Source of the DNA: Pyrodictium abyssi
GTDB lineage: Archaea; Thermoproteota; Thermoprotei_A; Sulfolobales; Pyrodictiaceae
Direction: 5' to 3'
DNA: 32,000 nucleotides
Assembly (NCBI RefSeq): GCF_036323395.1
Contig: NZ_AP028907.1
Location: 30,001-62,000, forward strand
In this document: positions 7,826 through 15,921 of the stretch, in pieces
Layout of the letters: each line of letters starts with the position of its first letter
Position numbering within the stretch: position 1 is the first letter of the stretch
The notes under the pieces: generated by a model
Told to the model about the DNA's origin: nothing
The model's input: the letters and a program-made list of their open reading frames with translations, nothing else
The model's database searches: none
Translations under genes and position numbers: made by a program

Positions 7826-8362
7826 ATGAGGCCTACGGCTCTGGCTCTGGCTGGCATCGTGGCCTCGGCTGCCGCCCTCGCCCTGCTAGCTGGCTTCGCC
7901 ACTACCCAGAGCCCGCTCAACAGCTTCTACGCCACCGGCACAGCAGAGGCAGTGCAAGAGCCAATAGATGTTGTGAGCCAGCTGAACACTAACATAGACC
8001 CTGCTGCTGGCGCACAGGGCAGCAAGGATATGGGCAGCATAAAGATATACAATAGGACTGACGTGAACGTAGTAAAGCTGAAGATAACCATAGCCAATGC
8101 TGCCCAGCTAAGGCCCTACTTCGACTACCTACAGCTAGTAATAAACAGCACAGCTAACAGCAACGTCCCAGAGATCAAAGCCGTGCTAAGCCTCAAGAAG
8201 CCCAGCGCAGTCATAATACTAGACAACGAGGACTTCGCTGGCAGCGACAGTGGTGGCGACTATGCACAGCTACAAGTCAAGGCCTACTACGAGGCCAGGG
8301 AGGGCATGCTATTCGACAGCCTACCAGTGATACTCAACTTCCAGGTACTAAGCGTCAGCTAA
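7826..8362 (+). CDS. CanA-like extracellular tubule (cannula) subunit, paralog 1, with N-terminal signal peptide
   Basis: ATG at 7826 with a GGGTG Shine-Dalgarno-like element upstream. Signal peptide MRPTALALAGIVASAAALALLAGFA is followed by TTQSPLNSFYATGTA..EPIDV, KLKITIANAAQLRPYFDYLQL and YYEAREGMLFDSLPVILNFQVLSVS. These match my recollection of Pyrodictium abyssi CanA. It is paralogous to 13459..13998. Confidence 0.8.
   Translation: MRPTALALAGIVASAAALALLAGFATTQSPLNSFYATGTAEAVQEPIDVVSQLNTNIDPAAGAQGSKDMGSIKIYNRTDVNVVKLKITIANAAQLRPYFDYLQLVINSTANSNVPEIKAVLSLKKPSAVIILDNEDFAGSDSGGDYAQLQVKAYYEAREGMLFDSLPVILNFQVLSVS
8282..8362. repeat. Left arm of a perfect 81-nt inverted repeat (3' end of cannula-like gene 1)
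   Basis: gcctactacgaggccagggagggcatgctattcgacagcctaccagtgatactcaacttccaggtactaagcgtcagctaa is identical to the reverse complement of 13459-13539. Confidence 0.95.
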
Positions 8363-8398
8363 AGCCTACAATACTCCAGATAAGCCTACGTCAAGTCC

Positions 8399-8406
8399 TC
8401 TTTTTA
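8399..8406 (+). terminator. T-run terminator candidate (CTTTTTAC) after cannula-like gene 1
   Basis: A T5 run lies 37 nt after the stop. The same CTTTTTAC octamer follows the paralog and the peroxiredoxin gene. Confidence 0.4.
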
Positions 8407-8549
8407 CTTCCTCCTTCTAGGTCTCTCATTCAACCTTTAGCGAATCATTGCATGGGTCCTTTTGCCCTACCTTCTAGTTGGTGTCGCATACAAACGGTAT
8501 AACGGTATACCTTGACTGCACTGTCTCTCAGGGCCCTGGTGCAGTGGGT

Positions 8550-9458
8550 ATGCCGAAAGAGCTGCCCAGGCTGCTGGAGGATGCTGTAGAGGTTCTCCGG
8601 AGGCATGGCCCGGTAGTCCGGCTGGGCGCTGGTAGTGTGCTTGTTGCCGGTGATACGCATGGCTATCCCGAGGTATCCCGTTGGGTGCTGGGGCTGGCTG
8701 ACGAGCTAGGTGTAGATGCTGTAGTGTTTCTCGGGGACTATGTTGACCGCGGCCCTCGTGGTGTTGAGAACCTGTCTCTGCTGGTTGAGAGGCTGCTGGA
8801 GGAGCCTGGCCGTGTTATGCTCCTCCGGGGCAACCATGAGTCGCCGTCGATGAACCTATACTACGGGTTCCGCGGCGAGTTCGCCGCAAAGGTTGGCCTC
8901 GAGCACCTCGACGTCCTCCATGGGTTCTACTCGTGTCTACCCTACGCGGCTCTGATGGGACGCGTGCTCCTCGTGCACGGGGGTGTACCGTGCCGCCTGT
9001 GCCGGGGCGGGCCCGAGGAGCCCCTGAGGCTGGGGGAGATCGAGGAGAGGCTTCGGGGGCTCTTCTGCCGCCGCTGGCTGCTCGAGTGGGGTGATTCCGT
9101 GGCTGTGCAGCTTCTCTGGAACGACCCGCGGGGGGAGCTTGACTGGTTTGCGCCTAGCCTGCGCGGCCCGGGCATCTACTACTATGGCCGCTTGGCGTGG
9201 AGGAGGTTTCTCGAAGCGAACGGGCTGGTGCTGCTCGTGAGGGCGCATGAGGCTGTTGACGCGCACCAGGTGTGGGCGAGCAGCGGGAGACCGGTTCATG
9301 GCCTCGAGCACGGCTATGCTGTTGGCATGGAGGAGCTAGGGGGCTCGGTGGTTACTGTGTTCTCTAGCCTCTACCACGGTGCTGGCGCCGGGGCGCTTCT
9401 CCTCAGGGAGGGGGAGGTGGTGTTCCTGCGCTATCCCGGCGGGGCGCAGGGGCTTTAG
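8550..9458 (+). CDS. PPP-family serine/threonine protein phosphatase (metallophosphoesterase, PP1-arch-like)
   Basis: Motifs GDTHG, GDYVDRG and GNHE appear in canonical order and spacing, followed by VHGG. The ATG at 8550 is inside track ORF 8478..9458. Confidence 0.9.
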   Translation: MPKELPRLLEDAVEVLRRHGPVVRLGAGSVLVAGDTHGYPEVSRWVLGLADELGVDAVVFLGDYVDRGPRGVENLSLLVERLLEEPGRVMLLRGNHESPSMNLYYGFRGEFAAKVGLEHLDVLHGFYSCLPYAALMGRVLLVHGGVPCRLCRGGPEEPLRLGEIEERLRGLFCRRWLLEWGDSVAVQLLWNDPRGELDWFAPSLRGPGIYYYGRLAWRRFLEANGLVLLVRAHEAVDAHQVWASSGRPVHGLEHGYAVGMEELGGSVVTVFSSLYHGAGAGALLLREGEVVFLRYPGGAQGL

Positions 9459-9816
9459 GGGCTAGAACCGGGTCCTCCGCCCCTACTTCGACCCCCTACG
9501 CGGGGGCATCCGGGGCTTCACCGGGTCCCCTGCATAGAGTCGGGGACTGTCACATTAATCTTTGTTTGCGGCGTGCCTGGGGTGGCTACGGCGTGGCTTG
9601 TCTTGGGGCTCGTATGCTTCGCCGACGAGTCTGGGTCGCCGGTATGCTGCACTGTCATGTGTATGTCTATCCTCTGCTTCGAGCGGAGGCCGGGCGTAGC
9701 CAGCCATATGCACGGCTACGAGGCCTGGACCTCTGTACGCCCGGCTGCTCGGCTGGCACCGGGGCGAGCTGAAGTACCGTGGCGCTAGGCGCGCAGCAGA
9801 GAGGAGGGGGATAGGG

Positions 9817-10157
9817 GTGGAGGGGGTCCTGGCACGCATCCTCGCAGCAACCGTGCTTGCCGCGGGTGCTGCGTCCACGTGGAGGAGGCCCCTAGAGCTA
9901 AGGCCGGGGCTCGTAGAGGCCGTAGCGGGGCTCGTGCCCGGAGGCTCCACGGTGTTCCTTGACAACGAGGCTCTGCCCGGGGGCCTGGCGGGGCTAGGAG
10001 GCTCTCGCGGAGGCTCGGTGTGTGGCTGCGGTTCGCGGATAGCGCTAGGACTCCGGGCGTCCAGTTGGCTGATATCCTGGCCGGCTACCTGAGGGAGGAA
10101 GGCGTTATGGGGTGCCGCGTCCTCCTGGATAGAGTAGGGCGGGCTAGACTTGCATAG
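9817..10157 (+). pseudogene. Possible frameshifted small gene: N-terminal part in the frame of ORF 9817..10092, C-terminal part in frame 9963..10157
   Basis: Frame 9963-10157 reads ...RLGVWLRFADSARTPGVQLADILAGYLREEGVMGCRVLLDRVGRARLA*. Its TAG (10155-10157) overlaps the TTG start (10150) of the next gene in a typical coupled arrangement. The upstream frame looks coding by codon style up to the c3g5 run at 9976-9983. Alternatively, only a 45-aa GTG-initiated peptide is real. Confidence 0.3.
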
Positions 10158-11244
10158 GCTCTACGAGGAGGCGTGCCAGGGGCTGCGTCTCTGCCCCCGC
10201 CCCCTCCCCCCGGGGCTCCGGGGCGCAGAGCCGTCTATACTGGCCCGTGTCGACCCGCTGCTTGCCTCCTCCATAACCGGCGGCGAGCCAGCGCTCTACT
10301 ACGAGGGCCTCTGGCTGCTCCAGGGGCTGCTGAGGAGGCTACGCGGGAGGGAATGCCCCTACTGCGGGAGGCCAGCCCTCCACGCCGCTGGTGCATGGAG
10401 TATCTCTGTCGAAGGCGTGGAGGGCAAAGCCATTCTGGAGGGCCTCGTCCCTCTCTGCGGCTCGTGCCTCCTCACCTATAGGCTCGACGAGGCGTTCTCC
10501 CGTGGGCTCCTCCGGGAGGCTGTCCGGCACCTCGTGGTCGTCAACTGGGTTCCCGAGGACGTGGCTCTTGCCGTTGTGGACCGTGTGCTCGGGGAGTGGA
10601 AGGAGACGCTCCGGGTGAGGCGGTGGAGCATAGAGATGCCTGGCCTCCTGGACTACGGGATGGACCGGGACCATGTAGGGGTGCTGGAGGAGCTGGCCGA
10701 GAGGCTCGTCAACCCGCCCTACCTGGTCGAGGACGAATGGCTCCTCGTCCTCGGCGGGGACGCTGAGGCCCAGCGGGCGCGCGCGGCCGAGGCCCTGGAG
10801 GCCCTCTGCGAGGGGAGGCTGGGGGCAGCCGCCCTGGCCGCCAAGGCGGCCGAGCTGGGGCTTAGCACCGAGCCCAAGAGGATAAAGATGTACGTGGAGT
10901 CGCTAATCGCTAGGGATGTCTGCCGGAAGCCCCTCTACAAGGCGCTAGAGATGCTCGAGGGCGCATGGCTGCTCATGGTCCCCCGGAGGCTCCGCGCCTG
11001 GCTCGTGGTAGCATTGGCGGAGGAGGCTGAGAAGAGCCCCTGGCTACTCCGGCTCGAGACCCCCCTGGGGCCGCGCGAGCCAGCCCCGGTGGCCATCTAC
11101 ACGGCCAGCGTGTTCGACGTGGCTGGCATAGCGGAGGCAGCGCGGAGGCTCCACGAGCTACTCCCAGGGCAGCCCCTGGCGATGGCCTACAAGCCAGGCC
11201 TACCCGGACACCGGCTGGCAAACCACCTACTCTACAGCTACTAG
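10150..11244 (+). CDS. Hypothetical protein with a CxxC...CxxC zinc-ribbon (364 aa, TTG start)
   Basis: A coherent ORF containing CPYCG-x29-CGSC. No family recognised. Other-frame ORFs overlapping it look like GC-driven artefacts. Confidence 0.7.
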   Translation: MHRLYEEACQGLRLCPRPLPPGLRGAEPSILARVDPLLASSITGGEPALYYEGLWLLQGLLRRLRGRECPYCGRPALHAAGAWSISVEGVEGKAILEGLVPLCGSCLLTYRLDEAFSRGLLREAVRHLVVVNWVPEDVALAVVDRVLGEWKETLRVRRWSIEMPGLLDYGMDRDHVGVLEELAERLVNPPYLVEDEWLLVLGGDAEAQRARAAEALEALCEGRLGAAALAAKAAELGLSTEPKRIKMYVESLIARDVCRKPLYKALEMLEGAWLLMVPRRLRAWLVVALAEEAEKSPWLLRLETPLGPREPAPVAIYTASVFDVAGIAEAARRLHELLPGQPLAMAYKPGLPGHRLANHLLYSY

Positions 11245-11316
11245 CTTGCTGGACTACCGCTGCGCCGGGCAAGCCTAATAGCGTCTGAAAGCCGTAGTCG
11301 AGCCTGGTGGCCAGGA

Positions 11317-11577
11317 GTGGACCTGGTGGCAGAAACACGGGTGGGCCGTAAGGGCGCTATCTACATACCTAAGGGCATACTACGCCGGCTGGGTGTCGAG
11401 GAGGGAGACCAGGTTGTTATACGCGTCGAGGACGAGAAGAGAATTACCCTAGAGTTCATCCCCGACCCCTTCCTGCTAGCAGCGAGGCAAAAGCCCTGGG
11501 CCCGGACGAGCGTAGAGGAGTTCGAGAAGGAGAGTGAGGAGGAGCAGCTTGGCTGGACCAGTGAGGGCTCTGCTTGA
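11317..11577 (+). CDS. vapB: AbrB/SpoVT-fold antitoxin (VapB-like)
   Basis: RVGRKGAIYIPKGILRRLGVEEGDQVVIRVEDEKRITLEFI is a classic SpoVT/AbrB swapped-hairpin motif. It has an acidic tail and overlaps the downstream PIN gene. Confidence 0.85.
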   Translation: MDLVAETRVGRKGAIYIPKGILRRLGVEEGDQVVIRVEDEKRITLEFIPDPFLLAARQKPWARTSVEEFEKESEEEQLGWTSEGSA

Positions 11578-12031
11578 CACTAGCTACTTCCTCCCCGTAT
11601 TCGGGGTCGCTGTAGAGGGCCTAGAGCCCAGCGACCTCCTCGCGATAAGGAGGTACGCGCTCCGGGGCAAGCTAGAGCTATACTACGCCGAAGTAATGTG
11701 GCTAGAACTTGTTCCAAAGGTGTACCGGGAAGCGCAACGGAGAGGATACAACGCCGACGCCATAGTAGAGCAGGGAGCCAAGTCTATAATGAAGGCGAGC
11801 TACCTCAAGCGCGCCCTCGTGGACTGGAAGGCGGTCAGGATAGCCTACGAGATGCGGAGACTAGGCCACCGGGACATGATAGACAATATGCTCTACGGTA
11901 TAGCTTCCTCTCAAGGCCTAGTACTAGTGACCATGGATAGAGCGCTTGCCGGCCTCGCCCGGGACAGAGCGGCTGGAGGCGCAAAAATCCTGGACCATAA
12001 CGAGCTGCTGAAAATGCTCCAGGACGGCTAA
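11561..12031 (+). CDS. vapC: PIN-domain ribonuclease toxin (VapC-like), GTG start overlapping vapB by 17 nt
   Basis: ALLDTSYFLP supplies the first acidic residue. AEVMWLELV and HRDMIDNMLYGIASSQGLVLVTMDRAL supply the distal acidic residues. Size and gene order are typical of VapBC. Confidence 0.85.
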   Translation: MRALLDTSYFLPVFGVAVEGLEPSDLLAIRRYALRGKLELYYAEVMWLELVPKVYREAQRRGYNADAIVEQGAKSIMKASYLKRALVDWKAVRIAYEMRRLGHRDMIDNMLYGIASSQGLVLVTMDRALAGLARDRAAGGAKILDHNELLKMLQDG

Positions 12032-12062
12032 AGGCGGCGCCGGAGCCCCCTAGCCCTCCGGG

Positions 12063-13190
12063 TCACCCGCCCCGGAGGAGCCGCTCGTAGCTGCGGCGTA
12101 GCTTCTCGTGGTACCAGTGCACCAAGGTGCTGCGGAACGCTAGCTTCTTGCCTAGTATCAGTACGCCGCGGTCGGGGCCCAGGCCCACGCCCGCCATTGG
12201 CCGACAGCTGGTTATCAGGGGCTTGTAGGGCTGCTCGCTGCGGCCCCGAAGCCGCGCAGCTATGTTCTCGACCGCGCGGCTCGCGCTGCGCAGAGCCTCC
12301 CTTGCCATCTTGAGGCTTACGCAGTCGCCCCTCCTGAACGCCATAGCGTCGCCGGCCGCGTAGACGCGGCCCCCGAGCCCCTGGACCCGGAGGTACTCGT
12401 CCACCTGGAAGAAGCCACCCCGTGCCAGCGCCTCCCTGGGGGCCTCAATCCCGGGGCCCCGGAGCCCAGCAGACCAGACCACAACGTCGCCCTCCACCCT
12501 CGTGCCGTCCTTCAGCTCGACGCCGCCCTCGTAGACCCTGGTGACCGGGCGGCCCATCTCGAACCCTGCGCCTAGCTCCTCCAGTATCTCCCGGGTCAGC
12601 TTTGAGGCCTTCCGGTTGCCGAGGAGCTGGAGAGGCTCCTCAAGCATATCCACGAGCGTGACCCGCAGCTCCCTGCCCAGCCGCCGGGCTAGCCACAGCG
12701 CCTCCGCCGCAACCTCGACACCCACAAAACCGGCGCCGACGACCACCATGCTCCTTATCCGGCCCTGCTCAATCATCTCGCCCAGGCGCCACGCCTCCCC
12801 GGCACTGTAGACAGTCACGCTGAGTTCCTCGGCCCCAGGCACACCGTAGAACGCGGGCCGCGCACCGGCAGCCACTACGGCGTAGTCGAACTCTAGCACC
12901 TCGCTGTCCTCGAGCCTCATCCGCCCCGGCTCCACAGCAACAACGCGCCTGGCCACCAGCTCCACGCCGAGCCTCCTCGCGTAGCCCTCAACGCCCCACT
13001 CTACGTCCTCGGGCCGGTAGCGGCGGCTAACCAGCGCTGGCAGCAGGGGGAGAAACACCAGCTTGGAGTTCGCAGTCACCCAGATGCACTCGTTCCCGTC
13101 ACAGAGGCCGAGCCTGTGGAGCCGGCGTACAGCCTCTACCCCGGCAAACCCGCTACCAACAACAACTATCCGGGCCACAGCGGCCAGCAC
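12063..13190 (-). CDS. FAD-dependent pyridine nucleotide-disulfide oxidoreductase, type II NADH dehydrogenase-like (start uncertain: 13190, 13178 or 13262)
   Basis: Two dinucleotide-binding motifs are present (IVVVGSGFAGVE and MVVVGAGFVGVEVAAE), followed by YAAGDAMAF near the C-terminal third. Confidence 0.85.
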   Translation of the reverse strand: MLAAVARIVVVGSGFAGVEAVRRLHRLGLCDGNECIWVTANSKLVFLPLLPALVSRRYRPEDVEWGVEGYARRLGVELVARRVVAVEPGRMRLEDSEVLEFDYAVVAAGARPAFYGVPGAEELSVTVYSAGEAWRLGEMIEQGRIRSMVVVGAGFVGVEVAAEALWLARRLGRELRVTLVDMLEEPLQLLGNRKASKLTREILEELGAGFEMGRPVTRVYEGGVELKDGTRVEGDVVVWSAGLRGPGIEAPREALARGGFFQVDEYLRVQGLGGRVYAAGDAMAFRRGDCVSLKMAREALRSASRAVENIAARLRGRSEQPYKPLITSCRPMAGVGLGPDRGVLILGKKLAFRSTLVHWYHEKLRRSYERLLRGG

Positions 13191-13414
13191 CCAGGAGCCC
13201 AGGTAGCCTACCCCAAGCCAAAAGAATGCTACCACACCATGCAGCCACAAAGCCTCTAACAAAACGTAGCCACTACAGCCAGCCGGTAGACGACTGGCAC
13301 TACGAAGTAGACATGGATACTTAAGAAGGTGGCGGACCGGGACTGGAGCGTGCCGAGCAGAAGCAAGGACACGCTCAAAGCGTGGAGACCCTGGGGCTAG
13401 GATATGGAATTGAA

Positions 13415-13422
13415 GTAAAAAG
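13415..13422 (-). terminator. T-run terminator candidate (CTTTTTAC on the minus strand) after cannula-like gene 2
   Basis: The plus strand reads gtaaaaag, about 37-44 nt downstream of the stop at 13459-13461. Confidence 0.4.
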
Positions 13423-13458
13423 GTGTATGGTTGGGGCTAGGGGCTATGGGTGTGGGTG

Positions 13459-13539
13459 TTAGCTGACGCTTAGTACCTGGAAGTTGAGTATCACTGGTAG
13501 GCTGTCGAATAGCATGCCCTCCCTGGCCTCGTAGTAGGC
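13459..13539. repeat. Right arm of a perfect 81-nt inverted repeat (3' end of cannula-like gene 2)
   Basis: Its reverse complement is identical to 8282-8362. Confidence 0.95.
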
Positions 13540-13998
13540 TGTCACAGTTATGTTGGCCTGGTTATCGCTGCCTAGGTCCTCGTCGTCTAGTATTATGACT
13601 GCGCTGGGCTTCTCGAGGCTCAACACAGCCTTGATCTCGTCTACCTCGCCGCTAGTTGTCGCCTTGGACTCTATTACTAGCTGTAAGTAGTCGAAGTATG
13701 GCCTTAGCTGGGCAGCATTGGCTAGAGTCACCTTCAGCTTTACAGTGTCGACCTGGGCGTTGTTGGGCTCTGTTATCTTCACGTAGCCCATGTATATCTT
13801 GCCCTGTGCGCCAGCGGCGGGAGCTATACTGTTGACCGTGAGGTGGCTTTCTACGTCTATTGGCTCGCTTACCGCCTGAGCCTCGCCGGTGGCGTAGAAG
13901 CTGCTTAGCGGGCTCTGGGTAGTGGCGAAGCCAGCTAGCAGGGCGAGAGCGGCAGCCGAGGCCACGATGCCAGCCAGAGCCAGGGTCGTATACCTCAT
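13459..13998 (-). CDS. CanA-like extracellular tubule (cannula) subunit, paralog 2, with N-terminal signal peptide
   Basis: MRYTTLALAGIVASAAALALLAGFATTQSPLSSFYATGEAQAVSEPIDVESHL..., KLKVTLANAAQLRPYFDYLQLVI and YYEAREGMLFDSLPVILNFQVLSVS. A strong AGGTGA Shine-Dalgarno element lies 8 nt before the ATG. Confidence 0.85.
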   Translation of the reverse strand: MRYTTLALAGIVASAAALALLAGFATTQSPLSSFYATGEAQAVSEPIDVESHLTVNSIAPAAGAQGKIYMGYVKITEPNNAQVDTVKLKVTLANAAQLRPYFDYLQLVIESKATTSGEVDEIKAVLSLEKPSAVIILDDEDLGSDNQANITVTAYYEAREGMLFDSLPVILNFQVLSVS

Positions 13999-14050
13999 GG
14001 CTTGTTCACCTTAGGCACGGGCTCTGGTCGTGTATAGCGAGGCCCTAGGA

Positions 14051-14060
14051 TGTAATAAAT
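14051..14060 (-). promoter_or_regulatory. TATA-like element (tatttattac on minus) about 60 nt upstream of cannula-like gene 2; a second TTTTATAC lies at 14099-14106 (minus)
   Basis: A/T-rich elements occupy the same two positions (-60 and -110) as upstream of paralog 1. Confidence 0.3.
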
Positions 14061-14196
14061 ACTGTACACTTCGGGGCAAACGAGATAATGATGCGTAAAG
14101 TATAAAACTTGTGGGAGTGTGATGGGAGGCGCCTTTGTTGTGGTGTTCCGCTTCATGTACTGGATGGCTTAGTGGTTTCCGTACTATGGCTAGCTG

Positions 14197-14844
14197 TTAA
14201 CTATGGTGGGCTAGTGCCTCTTGTACGAATGGGTTGGCTTGTTTCTCGCGTGCTAGTGTTGTCTCTGGGCCGTGGCCTGGTAGCACGAGTGTGTCCGGGG
14301 GTAGTAGCGTGTAGAGGCGGCGGAGGCTCTGGAGTAGCTGACTGTAGCTGGAGCCGGGGAAGTCTGTCCGGCCGACACTCCCGGCGAAGAGGAGGTCCCC
14401 GGTGAACACTGTGGAGCCGCCTACGAGTACGAGGGCTGTGTGGCCTGGCGTGTGGCCGGGGGTATGCACTGCCTCTAGCAGGACGTCTCCCACGCGGATA
14501 CGCGCCTGGTCGTGTAGCGGTATGTCCGGCTCTCCCGGGGGTTCTGGGGGCTCTATGCCCCATATCCTGGCGAGCCTTAGGGAGTATTCTAGGGCGGGGC
14601 GGTCGCTGGCGTTGGCTGCGTAGGCTGCGCCGAGCCTGCGGAGACACTCGACCCCGGCGACGTGGTCTATGTGCATGTGCGTGGCTGCTACCACTTCTAC
14701 GCGCTGGCAGCCTGCTTCGCGGAGCCTCTCCTCCGGTATGCACTCGCCCGGGTCTATGACCATGCAGTCGCCGCTGCCCGATACTAGTATGTAGGTGTTG
14801 GTCTCCAGGGGGCCCGTGACCAGCCTCACTATGCGTGGCTTCAC
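14197..14844 (-). CDS. MBL-fold metallo-hydrolase (glyoxalase II / hydroxyacylglutathione hydrolase-like)
   Basis: The HxHxDH motif is present (ATHMHIDHVAG), along with HTPGHTPGH, GDLLF..SVGRTDFPG and LPGHGP. Confidence 0.9.
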   Translation of the reverse strand: MKPRIVRLVTGPLETNTYILVSGSGDCMVIDPGECIPEERLREAGCQRVEVVAATHMHIDHVAGVECLRRLGAAYAANASDRPALEYSLRLARIWGIEPPEPPGEPDIPLHDQARIRVGDVLLEAVHTPGHTPGHTALVLVGGSTVFTGDLLFAGSVGRTDFPGSSYSQLLQSLRRLYTLLPPDTLVLPGHGPETTLAREKQANPFVQEALAHHS

Positions 14845-14949
14845 GCTGCTGCCCCGCGGCGGGCCGGGGGCTAGGCTTCTAATGAGGGCTCGGGTCCCCG
14901 TGGGCGCTGGCCCGCCGGGGCCTGGGGCTGTGTCTGAGGGGCTGCGGCT

Positions 14950-15816
14950 GTGCCGCGTGGAGGTGGCGCTGCGGCTGCCGGGCGTAGGGGCGGCTGGAGG
15001 AGCCTAGCCGAAGCTGTTGCGGCTGCTGTGCTCTGGGGGAGTATAGGCGTTGTCTACAGGATGGGTGTAGCCGGTGGCGCGGATGGGGCCTGGCTCGTTC
15101 TCGGGCGGCCGCTCCTGGCGGGGCTCCCGGGCCTAGCGGCTGCCGTGCTTGGGCTTAGCCGGCCGAGCCGGTGGAGCGCCGCGGTGGGGCTCCTCGGGCT
15201 AGCCCCGCTCTACGCCTCCTACTTCCTGGCCGTGGAGAGGCTAGGGGCTGCGCTGGCTAGTGTGCTGCTGTACACGGCGCCAGTGTGGGTCGTGCTTGTC
15301 TCGGGGCCGGTGCTCGGCGAGCCTCCCGGGGCCCGGGGCCTGGCCGCAGCTGTGGCTGGCTTCGCGGGTGTAGCGCTCATAGCCGGGCCTGGCGCCGGGC
15401 CTGCCGACGCTCTGGGGCTCGTGCTGGGCCTTGTCTCGGGGGCCAGCTACGCGTGCTACATTGTCCTAGCCCGCTACGCGCAGGCGCGCGGCGCCCGTGT
15501 AGCGGAGGTAGCCGTCCATAGCCTCCCCTTCGCGGCCCTAGGGGTGGCCGCTGTTGTGAGGCCTGCTGGGCTGCCGGGGCTACTGGACCTGGCCTATGCC
15601 GGCTACCTGGCCTTTGTGGGGACGCTCCTCCCCTACACGCTTAGCAGCCGGGCGCTGAGGCGGCTGGAGGCGCACCGCGTAGCCGTAGTGAGCCTAGTGG
15701 AGCCCCTGACGGCGATACTCCTGGCTGTGCTGCTACTCGGCGAGAAGCTCTCAACGGCCCAGGCTCTGGGCGCCGCGCTTGTATTGGCTTCGTCCCTGCT
15801 AGCGGCCCGGGGGTAG
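14950..15816 (+). CDS. EamA/DMT-family transporter (10-TM type)
   Basis: There are two hydrophobic five-helix halves. The N-terminus is typical (AAAVLWGSIGVVY), and the second half carries SGASYACYIVLARY and LLLGEKLS. Confidence 0.8.
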   Translation: MPRGGGAAAAGRRGGWRSLAEAVAAAVLWGSIGVVYRMGVAGGADGAWLVLGRPLLAGLPGLAAAVLGLSRPSRWSAAVGLLGLAPLYASYFLAVERLGAALASVLLYTAPVWVVLVSGPVLGEPPGARGLAAAVAGFAGVALIAGPGAGPADALGLVLGLVSGASYACYIVLARYAQARGARVAEVAVHSLPFAALGVAAVVRPAGLPGLLDLAYAGYLAFVGTLLPYTLSSRALRRLEAHRVAVVSLVEPLTAILLAVLLLGEKLSTAQALGAALVLASSLLAARG

Positions 15817-15921
15817 CCCTTCTCCATCAGCTATGTGGGCTGCTGCGCCGGGTCTAATAGGCCGCTCCCCCGGTACTGCTACCGGTGTGCCCTCCCCTCA
15901 CGCTGGGGTGCTACCCGGGCC

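Noticed and set aside
9459-9816. tRNA, SRP RNA or a small membrane protein (ORFs 9566..9772, 9573..9788, 9555..9965) in the spacer after the phosphatase gene
   Set aside because: No cloverleaf could be drawn starting from GCGGCGTGCC. No conserved RNA motifs were seen. The ORF products are Cys/Arg/Pro-rich and overlap each other in different frames, which is typical of GC artefacts. The region stays unassigned.
14201-14743. 180-aa alternative-frame ORF inside the MBL hydrolase gene, together with similar alternate-frame ORFs in aor, gck, ndh and the ATPase gene
   Set aside because: The products are Arg/Pro/Gly/Ala-rich and sit in frames offset from genes with clear catalytic motifs. This is the expected behaviour of high-GC sequence.
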